This document shows positions 50,103-60,004 of a DNA stretch of 64,000 bases, in pieces. Position 1 is the first letter of the stretch, and each line of letters opens with the position of its first letter. The translations under genes and the position numbers were made by a program. Source of the stretch: Hahellaceae bacterium (GTDB lineage: Bacteria > Pseudomonadota > Gammaproteobacteria > Pseudomonadales > Oleiphilaceae); contig JADJWY010000001.1 of NCBI GenBank assembly GCA_016716085.1, positions 423,437-487,436 on the forward strand, given 5' to 3'. The notes under the pieces were generated by a model. The model did no database searches. It saw only the letters and a list, made by a program, of their open reading frames with translations, and was not told the DNA's origin.

Positions 50103-52442
50103 ATGAAACGACGTTATGGAAATACGGCTTCAGCTCTTGGACTTCTGACATTTCTGACACTGGGAGGTTGCGGCTGGTTTACCAACTCGGCGGTTGATCA
50201 GGCTGGCGATCAACCCAATAGTATCGGCGGGGCCAGAGATCAAATCAATGACGAGGATGGTGAGCTACCCAATCCGAATCCACCAACACCAACCAACCCC
50301 AAAGAAATTCGCTTCTTCGTTGAGGCGACCGACGGGATGCAGTCCGCCAGCACGGCCCAACTCATCTGGAACCTCCTGACACCTGGTCAAGCCTGGGCGA
50401 TGGATGCCGGCGACACCGTATCCAGTGCTCGCATCAGCGTACGGCAACTGGACTATCAGGGTAATCTCATCAATGGAGATGGCGTAAGCAATAGTGACTA
50501 CAGCGTCATTCTAAACGAAGACAATTCCTTTTCTGTTATTTTTAGCGACGCTCTCCCCGACCGGCTGGACCTGGTGGTCGTAGCTCAACTCTCCAACGGT
50601 AAAATACTCCGACACGCCCTCCCCCCAAACAACCAGAGTTTTCGGATTTCGGTGGGGTCGGAATATGCTGTCCGAGCCTTTTTTAATTCATTAAGTTCAT
50701 CACAGGAACTTACCAACCTGACCGTCTGCGAAAACGACGACACCGACTGTGCCAACCAGGTTCAGTTACGCCACACCAACTGGGTTGCGATGATGGCCGC
50801 ATTACAGGATTTTGAAATTACGATTCCAGACAATTACAGTTTGGAAGAAGCTCTCGAGTTGATGGGAAGTCGCCTGGATGTGCGTGATTACACAGAGCAG
50901 TTCATTGCAACCATCAAAGAAACCAAGTTGAATGTGGTACAGGGCGAGGGCATCGCACCCGTCATGGATGCTCGCGATGGCACCTACAACTCTGTATATT
51001 TTGCTCTGGGAATGAACCAGGGGGTAGCAAATAGCGACACCACAGCAGTATTTAGCCGCCGGTCGGCAGAGACATTGCCGGCGACTTCAGGTGATGTGAC
51101 GAACTACATCTATCCGAATTTTGTTTTCAGCCCTACGATTCTTGGCGTTATAAATAATTTGTTAGTAGAAACCTTGCCGTTTACGCGCAATAGCCTGGAG
51201 TTAGTCTCACCAAATAACTATGTAGCTGGCCCTGTACCTGAGGCAGCAGACATCAACAAGTTTGTCGGCACCAGCATTTCTTATTTGAACTCTGCCGGCC
51301 TGATGGATCTGGCGCGCCTTCAGGTCCAGTCTCTTACCCGCACGAATAGTGATGCGCCTCTGGGATGGTTAACCAACCCTCACTTCACTCGCCTCTACAC
51401 GGCCAGGAGTGCGGAGAGCGCCTTCAACAGTGACTCGCTGGCGACAGCTTTTTGGTCTACGGGACAACTGCTTGAACTAGAGAAGAATGGCTCCAATTAT
51501 GACCGGGTACAAAAACTGGAAGACCTGAACACATTTGGCTGGATCTTTCACAGTCTGGCCAGTGAAGACAGCGATCCATTTTCCGCCATCGGGCTGGACG
51601 GAAACACTTATACGGTGATTTCGCTGGCGAACCAACTGAATGAGAGCCTCTCGCTGAACTGGACATCATCGATTGATTACTGGAGTATCGATGGCTCGAC
51701 TGTCGTTAGCCAGCAACCACTGCCGACCGATCCCGAAAATTCAGGGGGTGCGGATATATTTAGCACCCAGATCCTCGCACGATCAACCACGGATCTCGGT
51801 GAAGACCTGGTCGAAAGTTCCACCCCAGAAAATACTCCGCTCACGCTGGAAGCCCTTCCTACCCTTGTTTACAACCAGACAAGCAAATCCCATGACCAAA
51901 AGTATCGGGGGCGCTTGCAAGTCAGCGACTGGGTGGGAATGAGTGACCCCCTTGGAAATGTTCTGAGCTTCAATCTGGGCAATGGTCAAGGTATCGCGCA
52001 CGCAGTTCGGGTCAGCACACAGGTTCCGGACATTGCAAACGCGACCTTCACCCTTTACGGAAACTCCGTCTCAGTCGACGACAACAACACCTACTATCAT
52101 AATCACAACACATCCACTCTAAGCTTCAATGCGGGCGTGGCTACCCTTAATCTGAAAGAAATCACGGTGTCAGCCGACCATTTGACCAGTGTCGTCAGTG
52201 CGCCGACAAACACCTCTGAAAGCTACATTGTTCAGCCCACCGCCAGCATACCCGCTCTGGGCGCCATTCGAAATCAAATCGCCCTGAATTTCGCCGACCC
52301 CCAGGGTGGCAGCACACCCTTTATACTTGAAGGCGCTGCAGCCAGTGCCGGCAATCTGCTGATACTGCGCGTTAACTACGGTAACCGTGTCGGGCTGCTG
52401 TATGGCTTCAAAACGCTGTCGCTGACGGAAGACTCTAACTAG
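50103..52442 (+). CDS. Large lipoprotein of unknown function
   Basis: Lipobox LTLGG-C, then a Pro/Asn-rich linker (PNPNPPTPTNP). About 720 aa rich in Asn/Ser/Thr, with no motif I recognise. Confidence 0.7.
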   Translation: MKRRYGNTASALGLLTFLTLGGCGWFTNSAVDQAGDQPNSIGGARDQINDEDGELPNPNPPTPTNPKEIRFFVEATDGMQSASTAQLIWNLLTPGQAWAMDAGDTVSSARISVRQLDYQGNLINGDGVSNSDYSVILNEDNSFSVIFSDALPDRLDLVVVAQLSNGKILRHALPPNNQSFRISVGSEYAVRAFFNSLSSSQELTNLTVCENDDTDCANQVQLRHTNWVAMMAALQDFEITIPDNYSLEEALELMGSRLDVRDYTEQFIATIKETKLNVVQGEGIAPVMDARDGTYNSVYFALGMNQGVANSDTTAVFSRRSAETLPATSGDVTNYIYPNFVFSPTILGVINNLLVETLPFTRNSLELVSPNNYVAGPVPEAADINKFVGTSISYLNSAGLMDLARLQVQSLTRTNSDAPLGWLTNPHFTRLYTARSAESAFNSDSLATAFWSTGQLLELEKNGSNYDRVQKLEDLNTFGWIFHSLASEDSDPFSAIGLDGNTYTVISLANQLNESLSLNWTSSIDYWSIDGSTVVSQQPLPTDPENSGGADIFSTQILARSTTDLGEDLVESSTPENTPLTLEALPTLVYNQTSKSHDQKYRGRLQVSDWVGMSDPLGNVLSFNLGNGQGIAHAVRVSTQVPDIANATFTLYGNSVSVDDNNTYYHNHNTSTLSFNAGVATLNLKEITVSADHLTSVVSAPTNTSESYIVQPTASIPALGAIRNQIALNFADPQGGSTPFILEGAAASAGNLLILRVNYGNRVGLLYGFKTLSLTEDSN

Positions 52443-52476
52443 TCACGAAAGCCTGCAAAGGTTCACCCTCCTCACG

Positions 52477-52505
52477 GCCGGAGACCCATTACCGCGGTCT
52501 CCGGC
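52477..52505 (+). terminator. 10-bp GC-rich hairpin after the lipoprotein gene (no U-tract)
   Basis: GCCGGAGACC-cattaccgc-GGTCTCCGGC, 35 nt after the stop codon. Confidence 0.45.
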
Positions 52506-52620
52506 AATCCAGCCAAAGCTATTTTCATCGCCTTCAATTCCCGTTAACCTGACACCCAAGGCCAGTACGCTCTGGTCTGCTGGCTACGTATCTCATTCAC
52601 AACCCGACAAGGTTTCAGAC

Positions 52621-53538
52621 ATGCTTGCTTTTTTGCCTCACCGAATCAGAGGTGCATTGGTTATCCTGCTTATCATCTGCTCGACGGTCATCCAATTTCC
52701 ATTTCTGATGGTGGCCTCGCTACTCAAACTGGCTATCCCCTGGCGTCCCTCCCGCAAACTTTTTACCGAGATTGTCACGGCAATTGCCTTCAACTGGATC
52801 AACATCAATTGCTGGCTGCTGTCCCAGGCCACGGCGCGCCAGAACTGGGTGGTAGAGGGTGCCGACACACTCCGGCAGGATCAGTGGTACCTCATCACCT
52901 GTAATCACCAATCATGGGCAGACATTCTGATTGTTCAGGATATCCTGAGAAAACGAGCACCTTTCCTGAAATTTTTCCTCAAACAGGAACTGATCTGGGT
53001 ACCCGTCATCGGGGTTGCCTGGTGGGCACTCGACTTTCCCTTTATGAAGCGCTACACCCAGGCCCAAATCAAAAAGAACCCGGAATTGAAAGGTAAGGAT
53101 CTTGAGACGACCCGCAAAGCCTGTGAGATTTTTCGTTTTACACCGGTCAGTGTGTTCAATTTTATGGAAGGAACGCGCTTAACCCCAGAAAAGCACCGCC
53201 ACCAGAATTCCCCTTACAAGCACCTGCTTAAGCCGAAGGCGGGTGGAACTGCCTTTGTGCTGGGCGCGATGGGTAATGACCTGAAAACACTCGTCAACAT
53301 TACCATCTATTACCCCTACACCAATCCCGGCTTCTGGCAATTGCTCTGTGGCCAGATCGAAACAGTCTATATCCACATCGAAGAGATACGCATTCCTGAC
53401 GAATTTCTCAACCGGGACTATATGAGTGACGATGGTTTCCGCGAAGCTTTTCAACTCTGGGTAGGTGATTTATGGCAGAAGAAAGATGACCTGCTGGAAT
53501 CACTGCAACAACAGCACGGTAAGAAAACGCTTCGCTGA
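52621..53538 (+). CDS. PlsC-family acyltransferase (YihG-like)
   Basis: NHQSWADIL (HX4D) and FMEGTR motifs, with an N-terminal TM helix. Confidence 0.8.
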   Translation: MLAFLPHRIRGALVILLIICSTVIQFPFLMVASLLKLAIPWRPSRKLFTEIVTAIAFNWININCWLLSQATARQNWVVEGADTLRQDQWYLITCNHQSWADILIVQDILRKRAPFLKFFLKQELIWVPVIGVAWWALDFPFMKRYTQAQIKKNPELKGKDLETTRKACEIFRFTPVSVFNFMEGTRLTPEKHRHQNSPYKHLLKPKAGGTAFVLGAMGNDLKTLVNITIYYPYTNPGFWQLLCGQIETVYIHIEEIRIPDEFLNRDYMSDDGFREAFQLWVGDLWQKKDDLLESLQQQHGKKTLR

Positions 53539-53560
53539 AGGGATAGACAAAACAATCGCC

Positions 53561-53596
53561 AAAAAAAAACGCCAACCCGAGAGTCGGCGTTTCGTT
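53561..53596. terminator. Bidirectional rho-independent terminator between convergent genes
   Basis: AAAAAAAAACGCCAAC-CCGAGA-GTCGGCGTTTCGTT. The stem is flanked by an A-run and a T-rich run. Confidence 0.7.
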
Positions 53597-53614
53597 CGGC
53601 TTAACTAAACCCTT

Positions 53615-54988
53615 TTACTTGCGCCCAGAACGACGCAGGGCGGAAGGCGTATAGTCATTAGACTTCGCGACAATGTCGTAGTCGTATCCTTTGGGTTCTT
53701 CATTCGTCAAATCCATCGCGATGTAACGACCGGACACTAAGTCGTACAACGCGTTTACGGAGTACCAGGGAACTTTCTTATCATAGAAGGTTGCATTGTA
53801 ACCTTCTCCGACTCGCCAAAGTTCGCCACGGCCGTCATAGTGATCCACCACCGCCATCTGCCAGGTATCCTCGTCGATGTAGGCGACGCGCTTGGCATAG
53901 ATATGACGCTGCCCAGGCTTGAGAGTCCCCTCAATCACATGCACGCGATGCAGCTCATAACGGATCAACTCCGAATTCAGATGCCCGGGTTTTACGATAT
54001 CAGCGTACTTCAGACTGGTCGACATCATGTCGTATGTATTATAGGGAATGTAGATTTCTTTCCTCCCATGATACTTCCAGTTATAGCGGTCAGGAGAACC
54101 ATTCCACATATCATAGTTATCGGTGGTTCTCAGACCATCAGAAGCCGTACCTGGACCATCATAGGCCACCTGAGGCGCACGACGCACCCGACGCTGACCT
54201 TCGTTGTATACCCAGCCTCGTCGGGCCTCTTTCACCTGATCCAATGTCTCGTGAACCAGTAACACGTTCCCCGCCAAACGAGCTGGCGCAACGATTTCCT
54301 GCTTGAAGTAAAGATAGACGTTAGGATCCTTTGCCAGAATCGCTGCGCTGTCTTCCATGGTAGACGCGAAACTGATCTGCTCGAAAAACTTCACCGGAGA
54401 AAAATCCCCGTTTGCCAGCGGTGTCACCTGAACGACCGTTCGCTGTAGAGACCCTCCCCGCCAACGGGTTGTATGGTTCCACATCGCCTGAATCGCTTTG
54501 TCGCTGTCACTGCCCGAGAGAATCGGGAAAGGATACGCAAATTCATACGCTGTCATCCCATTACCGCCGGTCACCAATTCCACCGAGGCCGCGTTTCGTT
54601 TGACCGCATCATAAATCATTTGCTCAAATATCGCTGTGCGATGAGTCGGATACACTTTCATCTTGAAGGTGTTATACCGTTTGAGCATCGCCATTTGTCC
54701 TGGCGTGATTTTATCCTTGTACTTATCTGCATTGGCAGCCGTGATCTCAAACAAGGGCTGCTCACTGGCAAATGGATTGACGTAGTTGCGACCATCGAAC
54801 TTTGGAGGATTCTGTAACCCGCCATCCCACGCAGGAATGGTTCCATCCGCATTGCCCGCCTTTTCTCCGCCCATGGGCGTCAATTCCTTGCCCAATTTGG
54901 CAACCTGGTCTGCAGGCACCTTCGCCCAGACTGCTCCACCGCACACCGCCATCAGGAGTGCGCTGCTTAGTACCGTTTTAAGTTTCAT
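53615..54988 (-). CDS. DUF1329-family periplasmic/OM lipoprotein-sorting-like protein
   Basis: Start moved to MKLKTVLSSALLMAVCGGAVWA (signal peptide). The size and the pairing with the upstream DUF1302-like barrel fit. The family call comes from recollection of this conserved gene pair. Confidence 0.6.
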   Translation of the reverse strand: MKLKTVLSSALLMAVCGGAVWAKVPADQVAKLGKELTPMGGEKAGNADGTIPAWDGGLQNPPKFDGRNYVNPFASEQPLFEITAANADKYKDKITPGQMAMLKRYNTFKMKVYPTHRTAIFEQMIYDAVKRNAASVELVTGGNGMTAYEFAYPFPILSGSDSDKAIQAMWNHTTRWRGGSLQRTVVQVTPLANGDFSPVKFFEQISFASTMEDSAAILAKDPNVYLYFKQEIVAPARLAGNVLLVHETLDQVKEARRGWVYNEGQRRVRRAPQVAYDGPGTASDGLRTTDNYDMWNGSPDRYNWKYHGRKEIYIPYNTYDMMSTSLKYADIVKPGHLNSELIRYELHRVHVIEGTLKPGQRHIYAKRVAYIDEDTWQMAVVDHYDGRGELWRVGEGYNATFYDKKVPWYSVNALYDLVSGRYIAMDLTNEEPKGYDYDIVAKSNDYTPSALRRSGRK

Positions 54989-55028
54989 TGAAAAACCCCT
55001 CATGCACCGTAAATTTGTTGTGACTGAC

Positions 55029-56864
55029 CTAGAACGAGACTGAGACACTGGCTGAGACATTGTCACGGTCGTTGAGGACGTTATACGGTTCGCCGCCGAA
55101 GAAGTTGGTGTACCCTATGGTTGCGGAATATTTACTCTGGTAGACCCCTGTCAAACTAAAGCCGATCGCCCGGGCATCTTCAGTGAACTGACCACCGGGT
55201 TCTGGCGCATAGCCAAGCACATCATGGCTCCAGATCAGGGTCGGCGTCATATTAACACCAGCAAACACATCGCTGTATTCCAGGGATGCGCGCATCCGAT
55301 AACCGGCACTGACTTCGGTCACAAAGCCATCGTTATTACAGAAGCGTGGGTTGGCGTTGGAAATTTGATTACACTCCAGAGAAGGAACGCCCGGATCTGT
55401 ACCTGCTCCCGAATTTCCTGGATAGCCAGGGTTCTCACCTATCCCGAAAGCACTGTTTCTGCCTAGACGATTATTCTCAGGCAAGGAATCAACGTAGACT
55501 GCGCCCACCTCAGACACAAATGTCATCCGGCTTGCGCCCAAAATCTGGTCGAAAAACTTAATGAAGGTCATTTGTGCCTGATAGACATCATATTCCTCAT
55601 AGCCCCTCAAAATTCCGCCCGCACCAATATTGCGGGCTTCCTCATTGAATGCTGACAAACTCTGGTTACCCAGGAAGGCGTTGCTGGAGGCAGTCATTTC
55701 AAAGCCGTTACGTGCAATCGGGAAGTTGGGGCGCAAGCTGACTTCGCCACCAATCGACCAGCCACTCTCGGTACTGGTGTTAAAACTCAGCGCGATGGAC
55801 TGTAAATCCTCCGGGTACTCTAGGAAATAGTTGCTAAAAAAGCGACCATTGGCAGGATCATTGATCACGAATGAACCATAGGGTAAGCGACTGTGATAGT
55901 TGATGTAATAGAGCCCAAATTCGGTATCACCGAGCTCGGCTGCATACCAACGCAGGGCGACCCCAAACTGCCCCTCATCATCCGCTTCGACATCATCGAG
56001 ACGGGTACTCGCAAAATCCGTTCCTAACAACTCCGCACCTTCACCACCGCTCAACCAGATCGGACCACAGCCATCCGCAGCGGCATCGTTAGTCGAGAAG
56101 AAGGTTCCGCAAGGATCTGAGCGGGTTTTCTCCCACTCCAACTGGTAAAAGGCTTCCGCGGTTACCGCATCGGTCAATCCGATGGAGGTGTAAAACATGT
56201 TAACGGGCAAAAGAACGTCTTTGACCTCCGCACCGGGTGCCCGTGCTGCCGCCGCATCAATCGGGTTGATCACACTGGCACCGCCAAATAAGAAGGTGCT
56301 TTCCCCCCACCCGAGCACTTGCTTACCCAGACGGAAGTTGACAGGCATTTCGCCGATTTCCGAATCCATCCACACGAAGGCATCCAGAATTTCCGCCCCT
56401 GCGCCTGCCGCATCCAGAGTTTCCGGTATCAGTGGACGGGAAACGCCGTTTTCATCCGCCGCGACTTCCTCGTTCATCAGCTCAACATCGTAAAAATAAC
56501 GCGCACGGGTAAACATGCCGAAATCTTCATACTGCAGCATCATGTCGCTGGTACCCTTGAAGATCTTCGAGTAGGTTTCGCCCTTTTCAAAATTGAGGTT
56601 GCCATCGTCTGAGTTAACAGACACCCCACCTACAGCCCAATCCGAACGAGCTGCAGGCGTCAGGTTCATTTTACCGATCTGATCCGTATCACGGCCCTCC
56701 ATCCGCCAACTGGCACCCGCTGTCAGCGTGGTGTCGAGAGACCCTTCAATTTCGCCAAGCATGAACTGAAATGCCTGCGCCGGAGCCGAAATGGTGGCTG
56801 CTACAGCGACGGCCAGCGGCCATTTCGCCACTTTAAGCTTACGCTGGTCTATTTTTATCGTCAT
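55029..56864 (-). CDS. DUF1302-family outer-membrane beta-barrel protein
   Basis: Signal peptide ...APAQA-FQF. About 590 aa, Gly/aromatic-rich alternating strands, with a terminal Phe (SASVSVSF). Confidence 0.6.
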   Translation of the reverse strand: MTIKIDQRKLKVAKWPLAVAVAATISAPAQAFQFMLGEIEGSLDTTLTAGASWRMEGRDTDQIGKMNLTPAARSDWAVGGVSVNSDDGNLNFEKGETYSKIFKGTSDMMLQYEDFGMFTRARYFYDVELMNEEVAADENGVSRPLIPETLDAAGAGAEILDAFVWMDSEIGEMPVNFRLGKQVLGWGESTFLFGGASVINPIDAAAARAPGAEVKDVLLPVNMFYTSIGLTDAVTAEAFYQLEWEKTRSDPCGTFFSTNDAAADGCGPIWLSGGEGAELLGTDFASTRLDDVEADDEGQFGVALRWYAAELGDTEFGLYYINYHSRLPYGSFVINDPANGRFFSNYFLEYPEDLQSIALSFNTSTESGWSIGGEVSLRPNFPIARNGFEMTASSNAFLGNQSLSAFNEEARNIGAGGILRGYEEYDVYQAQMTFIKFFDQILGASRMTFVSEVGAVYVDSLPENNRLGRNSAFGIGENPGYPGNSGAGTDPGVPSLECNQISNANPRFCNNDGFVTEVSAGYRMRASLEYSDVFAGVNMTPTLIWSHDVLGYAPEPGGQFTEDARAIGFSLTGVYQSKYSATIGYTNFFGGEPYNVLNDRDNVSASVSVSF

Positions 56865-57113
56865 CGAGTGCTACTCCGTGAGTGTGATAACCGGTGTAAC
56901 CGGGTTTGCTCTTATTCACTGGGTTGAATCAACCGGGCACAGACACAATCCCGGCTTCTCACATCACTATAGACCCTAATAGCAAACTGCACCAATTCGA
57001 TACTGCCTTGAAAAGTAGAAATTTCTTCACCGTCAGATCTGCGTGACAAACTCTGGTTTCGTCAGCCGGGTCTCAACGGTAGAATAGGCACCATTCGAAG
57101 AAGGAGATAAACC

Positions 57114-58295
57114 ATGCAAGATTCAGATGTTGTAATTGTTAATGGCGCCCGCACCCCCATGGGCGGCTTCCAGGGAAGCCTGAGTTCTGTTCCGGCCGTC
57201 GAACTGGGCGCGCTGTCTATCGGTGCGGCGCTGGAGCGTTCTGGCGTGAGCGGCAACGACCTTGATGAAGTGATCATGGGCTGTGTGCTGCCCGCGGGCT
57301 TGAAGCAGGGCCCTGCCCGTCAGGCCATGCTCAAAGCCGGTATTCCAGCCTCTGTCGGTGCCGTCACCATTAACAAACTGTGTGGATCAGGCATGAAGGC
57401 CGTCATGATGGCGCACGACTCCATCAAAGCCGGAACCAATACGCTGGTAGTTGCCGGTGGCATGGAGAGCATGTCCAACGCCCCTTACGTGCTGGAGAAA
57501 GCCCGCGTGGGTTATCGTATGGGACACGGTGAAATTAAAGATCACATGTTTCTGGATGGCCTGGAAGACGCCGCCACCGGTCGACTGATGGGTTCTTTCG
57601 CACAGGAAGTCGCTGACCGTTTCAGCCTGACGCGGGAGGCCATGGATGCCTATGCGATTCAATCCCTGCAGCGCGCCCAGACCGCCATTCAGGAAAAGGT
57701 ACTGGAAGCCGAAATCGTTCCCGTGACCGTTGCAACGCGCAAGGGCGAGGTCGTTGTCAGCATTGATGAACAACCCGGCAATGCCAGCATCGACAAGATT
57801 CCTTCACTGCGTCCCGCCTTTAAGAAGGATGGCACCATTACAGCCGCCAACTCCAGTTCCATCTCTGATGGCGCGTCAGCACTGCTGGTGACCTCCGGCG
57901 CGGAAGCCAAGCGTCGCGGCCTGACGCCAATGGCACGCATCGTGGCTCACAGCACTCACTCGCAAGCCCCTGCCGAATTCACGCTGGCCCCGATTGGCTC
58001 GATCGAGAAAGTCCTGAAAAAAGCCGGGTGGAGCAAGGAAGAAGTGGATCTGTTCGAGATCAACGAAGCCTTCGCCATGGTGACCATGCTGGCGATTCAG
58101 GAAAACGGGCTGGATGCAAGCAAAGTCAATATCTACGGCGGTGCCTGTGCCCAGGGGCATCCGGTCGGATCAACCGGATCACGCATCATTCTGACGCTGA
58201 TGTATGCGCTCAAGCGTGCGGGCAAAAAGAAAGGCATTGCGTCCCTGTGTATTGGCGGCGGTGAAGCCACCGCTGTTGCGATCGAGATGCTGTAA
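57114..58295 (+). CDS. Acetyl-CoA C-acetyltransferase (thiolase II)
   Basis: NKLCGSGMKAV (acyl-Cys), GHPVGSTG and CIGGGEA motifs. Strong AAGGAGA RBS. Confidence 0.92.
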   Translation: MQDSDVVIVNGARTPMGGFQGSLSSVPAVELGALSIGAALERSGVSGNDLDEVIMGCVLPAGLKQGPARQAMLKAGIPASVGAVTINKLCGSGMKAVMMAHDSIKAGTNTLVVAGGMESMSNAPYVLEKARVGYRMGHGEIKDHMFLDGLEDAATGRLMGSFAQEVADRFSLTREAMDAYAIQSLQRAQTAIQEKVLEAEIVPVTVATRKGEVVVSIDEQPGNASIDKIPSLRPAFKKDGTITAANSSSISDGASALLVTSGAEAKRRGLTPMARIVAHSTHSQAPAEFTLAPIGSIEKVLKKAGWSKEEVDLFEINEAFAMVTMLAIQENGLDASKVNIYGGACAQGHPVGSTGSRIILTLMYALKRAGKKKGIASLCIGGGEATAVAIEML

Positions 58296-58322
58296 GCCTC
58301 TCGCCTGGGGCGGGCGACCAGG

Positions 58323-59441
58323 CTAAGCCCGGTGGCCCGCAGCCAGGTAATCTTCTGACTGCATTTCCAACAATCGGCTTTCGGTACGGTCAAATTCAAA
58401 GCGCAGCTTTTGGCCCTGATACAGTTCATGGATGGGCGCAGCCGCTGAGATAATAAGTTTAACCCGACGGTCGTAAAATTCGTCAATCAGGTTGATGAAT
58501 CGTCGGGCCTGGTCTTCCATTTCCCCCGTCAGCGTCGGCACACCGCTTAGCAACACCGCGTGAAACTCACGCGCCAGCTCAATATAGTCATTTTGACTGC
58601 GCGGTTTGTTGCACAGTTCTGCGTATTCAAACCAGATCACATCGTCTGCCCGCTTCAATGCGCGGAACTGACGGCTGTTAATTTCCATCTCCAGGTCATG
58701 CCCCGCGGCTTCGACGGCCAGTCGATCATAGCTGCGCTTCAGGCTGGTTTCCGCACCCTCACCTAAGGGGTAGTGATAGAGTTCGGCCTGCTTGAGGGTA
58801 CGCAGTCGGTAGTCAGTGCCCCCGTCGACATTGACCACTTCCGTATGCTGATTCAACAAGGCAATAGCCGGTAGGAAGCGCGCCCGCTGAAGACCGTCTT
58901 TGTACAAGCCATCCGGCACGATATTCGATGTGCAAACCAGGCAGACGCCCCGGTCGAATAAGGCGGCGAGGAGCGTCCCCAAAATCATGGCGTCGCCGAT
59001 ATCGGTGACAAAAAACTCGTCAAAGCAAATGATCACCGCCTCTGACGCAAAAATATCGGCCACGGTTTCGAGAGGATCTTTTTGTCCCTTGAGGCGTGTC
59101 AGCTCCTGGTGAACCCGTTGCATAAAACGGTGAAAGTGAACACGCATTTTCTTTTCGACGGGCAATGCGTCGAAAAACGTGTCCATCAGGTAGGTCTTGC
59201 CCCGGCCGACACCGCCCCAGAAATAAAGCCCCTTGATGGGCGTTTTGGTCTCCTGCTTCCGACGCAGGCGACTCGCCAGGGCCATGACACCTCCACGGCG
59301 GGTGCGGGACGCCGTCTGCATGCTCTGGAGTAAGCGTTCATACAGCAGCTGTAGCTTTTCGACGGCCATCTCCTGAGCGGGATCATAGGTGAATCCGGGT
59401 TGCTCGAGATCCCGCTTGTACTTCTCCAACGGCGTAATCAC
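58323..59441 (-). CDS. zapE: Cell division protein ZapE (AFG1-like ATPase)
   Basis: Walker A GGVGRGKT and Walker B ICFDEF. Divergent neighbour of yhcB as in E. coli. GTG start. Confidence 0.85.
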   Translation of the reverse strand: MITPLEKYKRDLEQPGFTYDPAQEMAVEKLQLLYERLLQSMQTASRTRRGGVMALASRLRRKQETKTPIKGLYFWGGVGRGKTYLMDTFFDALPVEKKMRVHFHRFMQRVHQELTRLKGQKDPLETVADIFASEAVIICFDEFFVTDIGDAMILGTLLAALFDRGVCLVCTSNIVPDGLYKDGLQRARFLPAIALLNQHTEVVNVDGGTDYRLRTLKQAELYHYPLGEGAETSLKRSYDRLAVEAAGHDLEMEINSRQFRALKRADDVIWFEYAELCNKPRSQNDYIELAREFHAVLLSGVPTLTGEMEDQARRFINLIDEFYDRRVKLIISAAAPIHELYQGQKLRFEFDRTESRLLEMQSEDYLAAGHRA

Positions 59442-59611
59442 TGGCTATGTCTCCTTTCGACTGCAAACAACCACATCCCAAAGGGGCGGTATTTTATTCA
59501 ATGTAGCCGGATTTCACTAGCTTTCAGTGCCAGAGCCACGGTGAGAATGGAAAAAAAAAGGTGAGCTCGCTATGCTGAGGGTTCCGTCATTCACGGGAAT
59601 AAATATAACTC

Positions 59612-59998
59612 ATGGATTCCCCGTTAATTTTTTTGATATCTGGATGGGCCATCGGCGTTCTGATGGGGGGCCTTGCCTACCGACAGCTGTTTTCACGTCG
59701 TGTGAACACCCGAAAACGGATTCAGGCGCTGGAGCGTTTACAGCAGGATTACCTTCAAAATCAGGATGCGGTGCGCGAACATTACTTACGAACGGGTGAG
59801 CTGGTGGCCCAACTGAACCAAAATGCGCATGAGCTCTGTGCCCATTTGAAACGCGGTGCAGACGCCTTAGACCTCGACTTGCCTCGGGCAGAACATCCGA
59901 GCCGTTACACCGACTGCTCAGCCCCAAAAGACTATGCGCCCCGGAATGACCGGCTGCCCGGCACATTGTCCGAGAGTTATGGTCAGGCAGATGCCTGA
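59612..59998 (+). CDS. yhcB: YhcB/ZapG-family (DUF1043) inner-membrane protein
   Basis: A single N-terminal TM followed by a coiled coil. The zapE / yhcB / degS-type protease neighbourhood matches E. coli. Confidence 0.6.
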   Translation: MDSPLIFLISGWAIGVLMGGLAYRQLFSRRVNTRKRIQALERLQQDYLQNQDAVREHYLRTGELVAQLNQNAHELCAHLKRGADALDLDLPRAEHPSRYTDCSAPKDYAPRNDRLPGTLSESYGQADA

Positions 59999-60004
59999 GT
60001 CCTG

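Noticed and set aside
56885-56940. Repeated AACCGG(G/T) motifs upstream of the DUF1302 gene as an operator
   Set aside because: There are only three short, imperfect copies (AACCGGT, AACCGGG, AACCGGG) with irregular spacing. This cannot be distinguished from chance in GC-rich DNA without comparative data.
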